Assembly (NCBI GenBank): GCA_963769935.1
Contig: CAVYNY010000010.1
Coordinates: forward strand, 608,001 to 672,000
Source of the DNA: an uncultured delta proteobacterium
GTDB lineage: Bacteria > Desulfobacterota > Desulfobacteria > Desulfobacterales > JAFDCJ01
DNA: 64,000 bases
Reading direction: 5' to 3'
Position numbers and translations under genes: made by a program. How positions within the stretch are numbered: position 1 is the first letter of the stretch; each line of letters begins with the position of its first letter. The notes beneath the pieces are model-generated. The model searched no databases. It saw nothing but the letters and a program-made list of their open reading frames with translations, and was not told the DNA's origin. Below, piece by piece: positions 51,375-61,226 of the stretch.

Positions 51375-53426
51375 ATGGCTTCATCCATCCCGATCGTGTG
51401 TCCTTTCTGCGGGGTTGGCTGCAACCTGGAACTCATACTGGATGAAAACGGCCGGCCGATCAAGAGCGGCGCGGCCGGACGCAACCCCGAATTGAACGGC
51501 AAATATGCCTGTATAAAAGGCTTTTCGGTCTATGAGCTTTTAAATCATCCCGAGCGCCTGAGGCAGCCCTATATTCGCAGCGCCGACAAGCTGGAATTGG
51601 TTTCATGGGAAGATGCCGTCGCCGCGGCCTCGCAGGCCTTGATGGCAGCCATCAAAAAATACGGCCCGGAAAGCGTCGGGCTGCTGTGCAGCGGTAAAAT
51701 TCTTAATGAAGAAGCTTACCTGTCGCAAAAGTTCCAGCGGGCCGTTATCGGCAACAACCATATCGACAATTGCGCCCGGTTGTGCCACGGACCCTCCGAG
51801 GCGGCTTTGAGGCAGCAATTGGGCTATGGTGCCGTCAGCACGTTCCTGGAAGACTATGATGCCACTGAAACGGTATTCGTGGTCGGCGCCCACACCACCT
51901 TCACCCATCCGGTGATTTGGATGAGCGTCAAACGGCGTGCCAAAAAAGGCGGCCTGAACCTGATTCTGGCCGACCCCCGTGAAACTGATCTCGTTAAAAA
52001 CGCGGCAGTCCACCTCAAGGTCAAACCCGGTACGGACATTTTCTGGCTCAAGGCCCTGATGAAGATTATAATCGATAAAGGCTGGCATGACCGTGCATTC
52101 TGCGAAAAGCAGACGATCGGTTTCAAGGCTGTGTGCCGGTCGGTCGAAGATTTTGATATTGCGGCAGCCTGCAAACGCGCAGGCGTCAAGCGCGAGGAAC
52201 TGGAAAAAGCCGCCGAGCTGATCCACAATAAAAAGACGATATTCATCTGGGGCATGGGCCTCACCCAGCATGCTCACGGAACGGATAACGTCACGGCCCT
52301 GGTAGACCTGGCCCTGCTGACCGGCAACATCGGAAAACCCGGCTGCGGGCTGTCGCCGCTGCGCGGTCAGAACAACGTGCAGGGCGTCGGGGATATGGGT
52401 GCTCTGCCCAATCTGCTGGCCGGGCATATGGAGGTTGACGACGAAGCCGCCCGTATTCATGTGGGCGCCATATGGGGCGCCGAGGTACCCTCCCAAAGAG
52501 GATTGGCGGCGCCTGAAATGATCCATGATATTGCTTCACGTAAAATCAGGGCGCTATACGTCATCGGCGAAAACCCGGCCGTATCCGAACCCCAGTCAAA
52601 TTTTGTCGCCTGGATGCTCCAGCAACTCGACCTGTTGATTGTACAGGACATCTTCCCCAACGAGACGTCCAAATACGCCCATATTGTCCTGCCGGCGGCA
52701 ATGGTAGGCGAAAAAGACGGCACCTTCACCAATGCTGCGCGGCGGGTTCAATACACGGCCGCCGGCCTTAAACCTCCGGGGGAGGCCAAGCCGGACTGGC
52801 AGATACTCCAGGAGATGGCCAACGCCATGGGGGCGAATTGGCACTATGCATCGACCTCCGACATCTGGGAGGAGATTCGCGCAGCGGCGCCGGTTTTCAG
52901 CGGCATCAGCCACAACCGGCTCAGAAAATCCAACGGCATCTTCTGGCCCTGTTACGATGAATCCCATCCGGGAACCCCGCGCCTTTATGAAGACGGATTT
53001 GGATTCCGGGATCGACGCGCCCGATTTCTGCCGGTTGAATTGCCGGAAACACTTATGGAACCCACGGAAGCGTATCCCTATATCCTGATCACCGGTCGTC
53101 TGCTGGAGCATTTCAACACCGGCGAAATGTCGCGTCGATCGACCAAACTTGCCCGACTCAAGCCGTCGTCGTATCTGGATATGAATCCCCTTGACGCCGC
53201 GGAGGCCGGTCTGGCCGAAAATGATATCGTGCGCATGACCAGTCCTCACGGAACGGTCCTTTTGCCGCTGAAGCTGGAAGCCAGTATGCAGCGCGGGTAT
53301 CTGTTTGCACCGATTCATTACAGCGAACCCAACTTTAATTCGTTGATGAGTGCGGTCCCCATTGACACCAAAGCGAGGATGCCGGCGCTGAAGGTCGTGC
53401 CGGTTAAGGTGGAGTTGTCTAGGTAG
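51375..53426 (+). CDS. molybdopterin oxidoreductase, formate dehydrogenase H alpha-like (Cys-type)
   Basis: CPFCGVGC...CIKG 4Fe-4S motif, DNCARLCH, LRGQNNVQG and GTFTN. Confidence 0.88.
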   Translation: MASSIPIVCPFCGVGCNLELILDENGRPIKSGAAGRNPELNGKYACIKGFSVYELLNHPERLRQPYIRSADKLELVSWEDAVAAASQALMAAIKKYGPESVGLLCSGKILNEEAYLSQKFQRAVIGNNHIDNCARLCHGPSEAALRQQLGYGAVSTFLEDYDATETVFVVGAHTTFTHPVIWMSVKRRAKKGGLNLILADPRETDLVKNAAVHLKVKPGTDIFWLKALMKIIIDKGWHDRAFCEKQTIGFKAVCRSVEDFDIAAACKRAGVKREELEKAAELIHNKKTIFIWGMGLTQHAHGTDNVTALVDLALLTGNIGKPGCGLSPLRGQNNVQGVGDMGALPNLLAGHMEVDDEAARIHVGAIWGAEVPSQRGLAAPEMIHDIASRKIRALYVIGENPAVSEPQSNFVAWMLQQLDLLIVQDIFPNETSKYAHIVLPAAMVGEKDGTFTNAARRVQYTAAGLKPPGEAKPDWQILQEMANAMGANWHYASTSDIWEEIRAAAPVFSGISHNRLRKSNGIFWPCYDESHPGTPRLYEDGFGFRDRRARFLPVELPETLMEPTEAYPYILITGRLLEHFNTGEMSRRSTKLARLKPSSYLDMNPLDAAEAGLAENDIVRMTSPHGTVLLPLKLEASMQRGYLFAPIHYSEPNFNSLMSAVPIDTKARMPALKVVPVKVELSR

Positions 53427-53611
53427 TAAATTGCTAAAAAGCGCCCTTCAATCCAAATAATTATTGCAATCTCCAACTTCTTGAACTAATGAATGAACCG
53501 ATCTGGCAATGTTTGCCGGTTATCCGTCCGGTTATGGGATGAAAAGGAAATTTGGCAATACGTGCTATTTTGCCGACATTTCGATACCGTTCGAGCTGTC
53601 AGGAGTTGTCT

Positions 53612-55258
53612 ATGCTTGCGACATCAATAGTGAAAAGCCCTTGTTTGGTGAAATCTTGTCGAAATCTGCAGATAAATCCAACATCCGCCTTGTTGAGACT
53701 CATCGCTTCGGTACTGATTTTGAGCGGCTGCACGATGGTGGGACCGGATTATGTTAAGCCAACGGCACCGGAACCGGAGAAATGGCTTGAGTCCGGGAGC
53801 CCGAAGATCAAAAGCCAGCAGGGAAAATTCGGCGATTGGTGGACCGTATTCAATGATCCGGCGCTCGATGAATTGATCCAGGCCGCCAATCAGCAGAATT
53901 TGACGCTGCAAATTGCCGGCTTACGGATCTATGAGGCCCGGGCGCAACTGGGGATTGCCTTCGGTTTTCAATTTCCCCAGACCCAGCAGGGCCTGGGCTC
54001 GGCCTCCCTCAACCAGGTCAGTAAAAATGCGCCCAATGCAGTGAGCGCCGACAGGTATTATTCCAATTTCGATATTGGATTGGATGCGGCCTGGGAGTTG
54101 GATGTCTGGGGCAAATTTCGCCGCGCGGTGCAAACCGGCGTGGCCAACCTGGAGGCATCCATCGCGAATTACGACGATATTCTGGTGTCGCTGACCGCCG
54201 AGGTCGCGCGCACGTATATCTTCATGCGTACCGCCGAAGAACGCCTGGGGGTGTCCCGCCAAAATGTCGAAATACAGCAGAAATCCCTGAATATCGCCGA
54301 GGTCCGGTTTAACGCCGGAGCAGTGACCGAACTCGATGTCAGCCAGGCCAAAGCCCTTTTGCGCTCCACCCAGGCAACCATCCCCGGCTTTGAGACGGAT
54401 ATTCGCCAGGCCAAAAACGCCCTGGCCACTTTACTGGGCAAACTTCCCGGTGAAATCGATGCGATGCTGGGCGGTCCCGGGCTCATTCCGAAAGTCCCGG
54501 TCGAGGTGGCAGTGGGCATCCCGGCGGAACTGCTCCGCAGACGACCGGACATCCGGTTTGCCGAACGCCAGCTGGCGGCGCAAAGTGCCCAGATCGGCTT
54601 TGCCAAAGCCGATCTTTACCCGCATTTTTCCCTGTTCGGCTCCCTGGGATTTCAAACCAGCGGCAATACGGATTTTCGCTCCAACAATGCTCAATTCAGC
54701 GACCTGTTTAAAACCGACAGCTTCACGTATTCCACCGGCGGCGGCTTTAACTGGGATCTTTTCAACTATGGGCGCATCACCAACCGGGTGCGTGTGGAAG
54801 ACGCCCGATTTCAGGAACTGGCGGTCAATTATGAGGACACCGTCATCCGGGCCGCCCAGGAAGTCGAAGACGCCATGGTGGGCTTCCTGAATTCCCAGGA
54901 ATCCGTCTTTTACCTGGCGGACGCCGTCAAGGCCTCGAAACGTTCGGTGGATTTATCCTTGATCCAGTACCGTGAGGGACTGGTCGACTACCAGCGGGTG
55001 TTGGACACCCAGCGCGATTTAACCACCCAACAGGACAACCTTGTCGCTACCGCCGGATCGGTGGGGACAAATTTAGTCGCGCTTTACAGGTCCCTGGGCG
55101 GAGGCTGGGAGATTCGCGAGGGCCAGGATTTTATACCGGCAAGCCTCAAAGAAGAAATGGAGAACAGGACCGACTGGGGCGGCATGCTGACGCCGAAAAA
55201 AACAGAATATCCGCCGTCACAGGATGTCAGATCAATCGTCCATAGGCCGGATTGGTAG
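53612..55258 (+). CDS. outer membrane efflux lipoprotein (NodT/OprM family)
   Basis: LSGC lipobox, VGPDY, WELDVWG, LLRRRPDIR.AE and LY.SLGGGW; start uncertain. Confidence 0.9.
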   Translation: MLATSIVKSPCLVKSCRNLQINPTSALLRLIASVLILSGCTMVGPDYVKPTAPEPEKWLESGSPKIKSQQGKFGDWWTVFNDPALDELIQAANQQNLTLQIAGLRIYEARAQLGIAFGFQFPQTQQGLGSASLNQVSKNAPNAVSADRYYSNFDIGLDAAWELDVWGKFRRAVQTGVANLEASIANYDDILVSLTAEVARTYIFMRTAEERLGVSRQNVEIQQKSLNIAEVRFNAGAVTELDVSQAKALLRSTQATIPGFETDIRQAKNALATLLGKLPGEIDAMLGGPGLIPKVPVEVAVGIPAELLRRRPDIRFAERQLAAQSAQIGFAKADLYPHFSLFGSLGFQTSGNTDFRSNNAQFSDLFKTDSFTYSTGGGFNWDLFNYGRITNRVRVEDARFQELAVNYEDTVIRAAQEVEDAMVGFLNSQESVFYLADAVKASKRSVDLSLIQYREGLVDYQRVLDTQRDLTTQQDNLVATAGSVGTNLVALYRSLGGGWEIREGQDFIPASLKEEMENRTDWGGMLTPKKTEYPPSQDVRSIVHRPDW

Positions 55259-55279
55259 ATCGGGTTGCGGGGGCTAACG

Positions 55280-55456
55280 GAATGACAAACGACGATTGTC
55301 GAATGTCGAATGAAGGAATTCTATCTGTTTTAAAATGTTTTCAAGCCGCAGCGACACGCGGCGCAAGCGACCCCGCAGCGTCAGGGCTTGCGCGACGTGT
55401 GCGCTGCGCAAGCGGCTTTCATAATTAGTCATTAGTCAATATTCAATTGTCATTTA
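55280..55456. repeat. dispersed intergenic element (copy 2) with a GC-rich central hairpin
   Basis: Shares 27 bp with 37509-37535; terminal aatgacaa/ttgtcatt inverted match. Confidence 0.75.
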
Positions 55457-55494
55457 ATTAGGGTACCAACGGAGGGACTCATCGGAAAACTGCC

Positions 55495-56045
55495 ATGACC
55501 CAGGAATTTGATCCCAGAAAAAGCTACCTGGCTGTTAAAGCCAACGAAAAGATGATTGCCTATGCCGGCTTTGCCGTGGTCTTCGAAGAAGACGGTAAAC
55601 GCAAGGAAGGCGTCGTTAAAATTTCATCTTTTCATCGCCCCTACGGCGGCGGATATCTGACGCTGACTTTTATTGTCGACAAAGGTCGGGACGACGCACT
55701 AAAACTCAACTTGAGAAGTTAGGCAAAAAAATTACGGAAGATTCACTCAGACCCATGCTGGGTAAAAACTTCGAAAGAATCGTCAAAGTCGACCTGGATG
55801 TGCTCGACGAAATCAAGGGATGGTACATAGAGGAAATTAATGTCTATTTTCGTACTCTCGCCGAACGGGAAAAGGTGCTGATTGAAGAAAAACTGCTGCC
55901 GGCTCTGGAATGCATCCTGCCCTTTAAGTTCGAAACGGTGGAATGGTGGCCGGCGGGCAAAGGAACCGAACCGCCGGCCGGCAAGGAAATCGCAGAGCAA
56001 AAATCGGTCAAGGGATTCTTTAGAAAGTGGTTTAGATCAGGATAG
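55495..56045 (+). pseudogene. hypothetical protein split by a 1-nt frameshift
   Basis: Adding one A to the A4 run at 55701-55704 joins DDALK to TQLEKLGKKITEDSLRPMLG and fuses the two ORFs. Confidence 0.6.
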
Positions 56046-56262
56046 TAAGAAGTTGATTGTTGATAGTGAGTAGTTCATAGTTGATGGTAGGAGGAATGTA
56101 TTGTCATTATTTTATTTATCTAATAGAATTGAATCAACCAATGAATCTAATCAACCGCTAAATATACTTTCGGCTCATCTAATTTTAAAACTTTCGATTA
56201 TGTGCCGGCAACTATACACTATGAACTTTGTACTATGAACTATCAGCTTCTCAGGAGACCGC

Positions 56263-56637
56263 ATGGCGTTAAAAATTAAATCAAACACAAGAGGGCCGGG
56301 AATTTTCGTCGTGTCCCCCATCGGCTCCATTGATGCGAGTACGTTTGACCTTTTTGACGAGAAGATGGATGATATCCTGGGGCAAAAACCGGATGTCATC
56401 ATTTTCGACATGGAGTTTGCCGATTACATCAGCAGCTCAGGCATCCGTGTGCTTTTAAAAACCAAAAAGGCCCTCAAACAAACAGATGGCCGGATGGTTT
56501 TCATGAAACTTCAGCCTCAGATCCAAAAAGTCTTTGATATCCTCAGGGCCATCCCGACGCTTAAAGTTTTTGCCAGCATCGAGGAATTGGACAATTATCT
56601 GGACAAAATGCAGAAAGCTGTCAAGCAGCATAATTGA
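56263..56637 (+). CDS. STAS-domain anti-sigma factor antagonist
   Basis: GSID...IFDM..ADYISSSGIRVL. Confidence 0.9.
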   Translation: MALKIKSNTRGPGIFVVSPIGSIDASTFDLFDEKMDDILGQKPDVIIFDMEFADYISSSGIRVLLKTKKALKQTDGRMVFMKLQPQIQKVFDILRAIPTLKVFASIEELDNYLDKMQKAVKQHN

Positions 56638-56658
56638 GAGGGTCACCGGTTTTCAAAT

Positions 56659-57057
56659 ATGAAGAAATTACTGATCTTTCCGCTGTTGATGATATCGTTG
56701 CTTTCCTGTGCCCACGGCAAAACAGCCAATTTCCCCACCCTCGACGATCCAGCCGCCAACGCGCAGGTGTATGTCATTCGGGACAACAATTTTATGGGCT
56801 GGGGCTTTTCTTTGAAGGTGGCTTTGGACGATTCGATTATCGCCCGTCTTCGGTCGGGTGAATACGTTTCTTTTTATGTCAAGCCCGGATTCCATTCCCT
56901 GGGAATATCCGAACCGACCCTCACCGTTCCCCTTGAGAAGAGCAAAAAGTATTATTTCCTGATCAGTGCGGATTATACCAGTTTCGGATTCGAGCTCGAT
57001 CGCATCAGCGACCACCAGGGCGAGTACTGGCTTGAAAGGACAAAGCCGGTAGAATGA
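56659..57057 (+). CDS. lipoprotein (DUF2846-like)
   Basis: LLSC lipobox; VYVIR...L.SGEY...V.PG.H. Confidence 0.75.
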   Translation: MKKLLIFPLLMISLLSCAHGKTANFPTLDDPAANAQVYVIRDNNFMGWGFSLKVALDDSIIARLRSGEYVSFYVKPGFHSLGISEPTLTVPLEKSKKYYFLISADYTSFGFELDRISDHQGEYWLERTKPVE

Positions 57058-57146
57058 AAAGCAAAGCGCATAGCGCAAAGGGTTATCAATAAAATGAAAG
57101 CTTCATTTAAGTTTCCTCTTTGCCCTCTGCTCTCTGCGCTTTGCTT

Positions 57147-58490
57147 TTAAGCAACCAGCACCATATACACATCCGATACATTCGTCCGGGTAGGCCCGGT
57201 GATAATCAGATCTCCCAGCGGTTGAAAGAAGTGATAGGAGTCGTTGCGTCTGAGAAAGTCCAAGGCATCAAGGTCGTTGGCACGGGCCCTGGTTATCGTG
57301 CTGCCATCGGCGATAGCCCCTGCGGCATCGGTCGGACCATCCGTCCCGTCCGTGCCCCCGCTTAAAACGACGATATTTTCCATGCCGTCGATGATGATGG
57401 CCGACGCCAATGCGAATTCCTGGTTGCGGCCGCCTTTACCCTGCCCCTGAATCGTTACCGTGGTTTCTCCGCCGCACAAAATACAGGCGGGCGCTGGAAT
57501 CGGGTTCGCTGAATTGCGAACTTCTTTGGCAAAAGCCGCAAACATTTTGACCACCTCCCTTGCTTCTCCTTCCACGGTGGAAGAAAGAATCAATGACTGA
57601 TAGCCCTTCAACTGAGCCTCTTTACTCGCGGCGATCAAGGCCTGGATGTTGGTTCCCACCAGCTCGGAGTAACAGCGCCGGAAAACGGCATCACCCGCCT
57701 TGGGGGTATCTTCGATGTCGCCGGACAAACCCTGCCGAATGCGATGTTGTATGGATTCGGGAACCTGATTCCAGATGTCATACTTTTGAAACACGCCCCT
57801 GGCATCGGCAAATGTACTGGTATCCGGCACCGCGGGCCCGGATGCAATCACATTCAAATCATCTCCGATAACATCCGAGAGAATCAGGCTCACCACCGTT
57901 GCCGGATAGGCCAAGCGGGCCAACCCGCCCCCTTTGGCCCGGGAGAGATGCTTTCTGACGGTGTTGATTTCATGAATATCCGCGCCGCAGGCCAAAAGCA
58001 AACGCGTCACTTCCTGTTTGTCCTCGAGGGTGACCCCTTCGGCCGGAGCCACCAGCAAGGCGGATCCGCCGCCGGAAATGACGCAGATTACCAGATCCCG
58101 CTCGCCGGCCGCATTTACCAGCGATAGAACATCCTCGGCACCTCGAATTCCGCGATCATCGGGGACCGGGTGCCCGGCCTCATGAATGCGCACGTGCTGC
58201 AGCGGCAGACCGTGGCCTTCCTTGACCACGATCACACCATCTGATATCCGATCACCCAGCAGGCCTTCCAGGGCTTTGGCCATGGGCGCCCCGGCTTTGC
58301 CGGTTCCTGCCACCAGGATACGATCATAATCCGCAAATTTAAAACGGTGCTCGCCAATTTGTAAACCGTCCTCTACCGGTTTGACATAGCGCAGAATTGC
58401 TTCCACCGGATCTACAGCCCTGAGAGCCGCCTGAAAAATCTCCCTCGCATGCTGCCGCATTGTTTTAACCTGATCAGACCGTGTCGACAT
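57147..58490 (-). CDS. glycerate kinase (GckA/TtuD, MOFRL family)
   Basis: GTGKA, ISGGGSAL, SDVIGD, GGETTV, GGRNQE, TDGTDG and TGPTRTNV. Confidence 0.92.
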   Translation of the reverse strand: MSTRSDQVKTMRQHAREIFQAALRAVDPVEAILRYVKPVEDGLQIGEHRFKFADYDRILVAGTGKAGAPMAKALEGLLGDRISDGVIVVKEGHGLPLQHVRIHEAGHPVPDDRGIRGAEDVLSLVNAAGERDLVICVISGGGSALLVAPAEGVTLEDKQEVTRLLLACGADIHEINTVRKHLSRAKGGGLARLAYPATVVSLILSDVIGDDLNVIASGPAVPDTSTFADARGVFQKYDIWNQVPESIQHRIRQGLSGDIEDTPKAGDAVFRRCYSELVGTNIQALIAASKEAQLKGYQSLILSSTVEGEAREVVKMFAAFAKEVRNSANPIPAPACILCGGETTVTIQGQGKGGRNQEFALASAIIIDGMENIVVLSGGTDGTDGPTDAAGAIADGSTITRARANDLDALDFLRRNDSYHFFQPLGDLIITGPTRTNVSDVYMVLVA

Positions 58491-58514
58491 GCCTTTCCTT
58501 TCGTGTTTGTATTA

Positions 58515-58732
58515 GAAGACAGGGGACAGAAGGTGAGAAGCTGGGAGGCTGGGAAGCAAAACCAAAGCCGGCATCCAGTATCTAAAATTCTCGGGTCGGC
58601 CGTTTCTGGTAAAATTTTTGCCTTAAACCTTGCGCCTACAGCCTTTCACCTTTAGCCTTTTGATTTTTGCCTCATCCCCCATCCAGTATCCAGTATCCAG
58701 TATCAAGTATCCAGTATCAAGTATCCAGCATC
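58515..58732. repeat. heptamer tandem array
   Basis: tccagta/tcaagta/tccagca repeated about 7 times at 58682-58730, plus degenerate tracts upstream. Confidence 0.8.
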
Positions 58733-58742
58733 GAGCCCCAAA

Positions 58743-59744
58743 TTAAAGCGCTGCCATTCTATCAATCAAATCCACCACGCGATTCGAATAGCCCCACTCG
58801 TTGTCGTACCATGAGACAATCCTGACAAAGCCGTCCTGCAGGGATATGGTGGACAGCGCATCAAAAATACTGGAATGAGGATTGCCGATGATGTCGCTTG
58901 AGACCAGTGGTGCCTCACTGTATTCGACGACCTTTCGCATCGGACCTTCGGCAGCTTCCCGCACCGCCGCATTTACTTCTTCGACGGATGGCTTGCTCCC
59001 CAGGCGGGCCACCAGGTCCACGATGGAACCGTCCGGCACCGGAACGCGCATGGCCAGTCCGTCCAATTTGCCCTTCAATTGCGGCAGCACCTTGCCGACC
59101 GCCCGGGCCGCACCGGTGGTCGTGGGGATAATATTCTCACCTGCAGCGCGGCTGCGCCGGAAATCTTTGTGGGGGACATCGGCCAGACGCTGGTCGTTGG
59201 TATAGGCGTGGACCGTGGTGATGAACCCTTCCTCGATGCCGAAAGATTCGTCCAGAATTTTGGCAATCGGTGCCAGGCAGTTCGTGGTGCAGGACGCATT
59301 GGAAACGATGCGGTGTTCCGGCTTGAGCTGATCGTCGTTGACGCCAAGTACGATGGTGGCATCGATTTCATCTTTGGCAGGTACCGTGAGAATCACTTTG
59401 CCGGCGCCGGCCGCTAAATGCTTTTCCAGAGCCTTTCTTTCGCGAAACACGCCGGTTGATTCGATGACAAAGTCAACCCCTAAATCCTTCCAGGGTGTTT
59501 CAGCCGGGTCCCGCTCGTCGGTCATGACAACTTTTCGATCGTCCACATACATGGCATCGGCAGTGGCCCGCACCTCCTTTGGAAAGATACCCATCACCGT
59601 ATCGTATTTCAGCAGGTAGGCGAGTTGCTCGTTATCAAACAGGTCGTTGATGCATACGACGTTCACATCACCGCGATCACTTAAAATGCGAAAGACGCTG
59701 CGGCCGATGCGGCCGAAGCCGTTTATTCCGATGTTTATAGCCAT
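58743..59744 (-). CDS. gap: type I glyceraldehyde-3-phosphate dehydrogenase
   Basis: GINGFGRIG, ASCTTNC, IIPTTTGAA, MRVP and WYDNE all canonical. Confidence 0.97.
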   Translation of the reverse strand: MAINIGINGFGRIGRSVFRILSDRGDVNVVCINDLFDNEQLAYLLKYDTVMGIFPKEVRATADAMYVDDRKVVMTDERDPAETPWKDLGVDFVIESTGVFRERKALEKHLAAGAGKVILTVPAKDEIDATIVLGVNDDQLKPEHRIVSNASCTTNCLAPIAKILDESFGIEEGFITTVHAYTNDQRLADVPHKDFRRSRAAGENIIPTTTGAARAVGKVLPQLKGKLDGLAMRVPVPDGSIVDLVARLGSKPSVEEVNAAVREAAEGPMRKVVEYSEAPLVSSDIIGNPHSSIFDALSTISLQDGFVRIVSWYDNEWGYSNRVVDLIDRMAAL

Positions 59745-60766
59745 TATGCCGCCTCCTTTTCAAATTCAGCGAAAGTATTGATGAGGTCTACCACCCGGTG
59801 GGCATAGCCCCAGCCATTGTCGTACCAGGAAAGAGTTTTGGAGACGCGCTCGCCCATCACCATGGTGGCCAGGGAATCGAAGGTAGTCGAGTAGGGGCTG
59901 CGAATGATGTCGCTGGAAACAATGGGGTCGTCCTCATACTCGATGATATCGTGCCATTTATCGGTTGAGGCGGCTGTTCGCACCACCTCGTTGATTGCGG
60001 TTACGGTTACCGGTTTTTCATGCCAGCAGACCAGATCCACCACCGAACCGTTGGGAACGGGAACATTCATAGACCCGCCGCTGAGGCGTCCTTGCATCGC
60101 GGGTATCAGACTGGAAACCATCAGAGCGGCATCGGTTGTCTGGGGAATGATGTTTTCGGCAGCCGCGCGGCCGCGGCGCTTATCTTCGGAGGGAACATCC
60201 GCCAGGCGCTGCTGGTTGGTATAGGCATGCACGGTACTCAAAAACGCCCGTTGGATCCCGAAGGCTTCGTGCAGGATCTTGACGATCGGCGCCGCACAGT
60301 GGGCCGTGCACGAACCGTTGGAGACAATGCGGTGCTGCGGTGTCAGCTGATCGTCGTTGACGCCCATCACCACCGTGATATCCGGCGGATCCTGGGCCGG
60401 AGCGCACAGAATTACCCGTTTGGCGCCGCGTTCGAGATGCCGTTCAAGCTGCCGGCGCGACCATTTGCGGGCGGTAGCCTCGATAACCACATCGACCCCA
60501 AGGTCTCCCCAGGGCACGTCACCGGGTTCTTTTTCCGAAAGCATCGGAATCTGGCGTCCGGCCACGTAGAGATGTTCTTCCTTGACGCTGACTTCATCCG
60601 GAAAGGGTCCCAAAATCGTGTCGAAACGCAGCAGATACTCAAGTGCCTTGTGATCGGCAATATCGCTGATCGCCCGCAACCGGATAGCCTGGCTCTGGTA
60701 GAGAATGCGGAAGAGGTTTCTGCCGATCCTGCCAAACCCCATTAAGCCTATACCTATGGTTGACAT
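59744..60766 (-). CDS. divergent GAPDH paralogue
   Basis: GFGRIG, GSCTAHC, IIPQTTDAA, MNVP and WYDNG; its TAA overlaps the ATG of gap. Confidence 0.9.
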   Translation of the reverse strand: MSTIGIGLMGFGRIGRNLFRILYQSQAIRLRAISDIADHKALEYLLRFDTILGPFPDEVSVKEEHLYVAGRQIPMLSEKEPGDVPWGDLGVDVVIEATARKWSRRQLERHLERGAKRVILCAPAQDPPDITVVMGVNDDQLTPQHRIVSNGSCTAHCAAPIVKILHEAFGIQRAFLSTVHAYTNQQRLADVPSEDKRRGRAAAENIIPQTTDAALMVSSLIPAMQGRLSGGSMNVPVPNGSVVDLVCWHEKPVTVTAINEVVRTAASTDKWHDIIEYEDDPIVSSDIIRSPYSTTFDSLATMVMGERVSKTLSWYDNGWGYAHRVVDLINTFAEFEKEAA

Positions 60767-61226
60767 GCGCCACCTCCTTTTTGAGAGTATTCAAGTGTTT
60801 GGATGAGTTCTTAAATAGTTAAAACTGCTTGAGCGTTGCGCTGAAGAATCTGCTGAGGAATAAATCTGACAAGGTTCGAACGGCACTGCTGACAAATGGT
60901 TATTGGTTGCCGGCAATACATACAGACACAAGGCACGGGAGGCAGAACGCAAGAAAAGGCCGAAGGAGCGTTTCACTCGAAGAGCGCTGCATTTAATGAG
61001 CGTTTCTCTTGAGGAGCACTGCGCAAATTTCATTTGCTCCGTTTGAGGAGCGCTTCGCTCTATGCAAAAGCAGACGGCTGAGGGGCCTTAGTATCAACAG
61101 TAACAGCGCACGCGGCACTTTGCACTTCAAGTCCTGACAAGGCGCTCCTTTAGTCTATCGCTAATCGAGCTCTTCCCCTGCTGTCCTCTGCCTTCTGTCT
61201 CCGGTCCCCCGTCCTCTTTTATTTTG

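Noticed and set aside
51783..51785. Selenocysteine in the FDH-like protein
   Set aside because: The active-site codon is TGC (Cys) and there is no in-frame TGA.
55720..55722. TAG read-through (pyrrolysine) joining two ORFs
   Set aside because: The downstream ORF is in a different frame; a frameshift explains it.
58682..58732. Tandem repeats as a CRISPR array
   Set aside because: 7-bp units with no unique spacers, and no cas genes.
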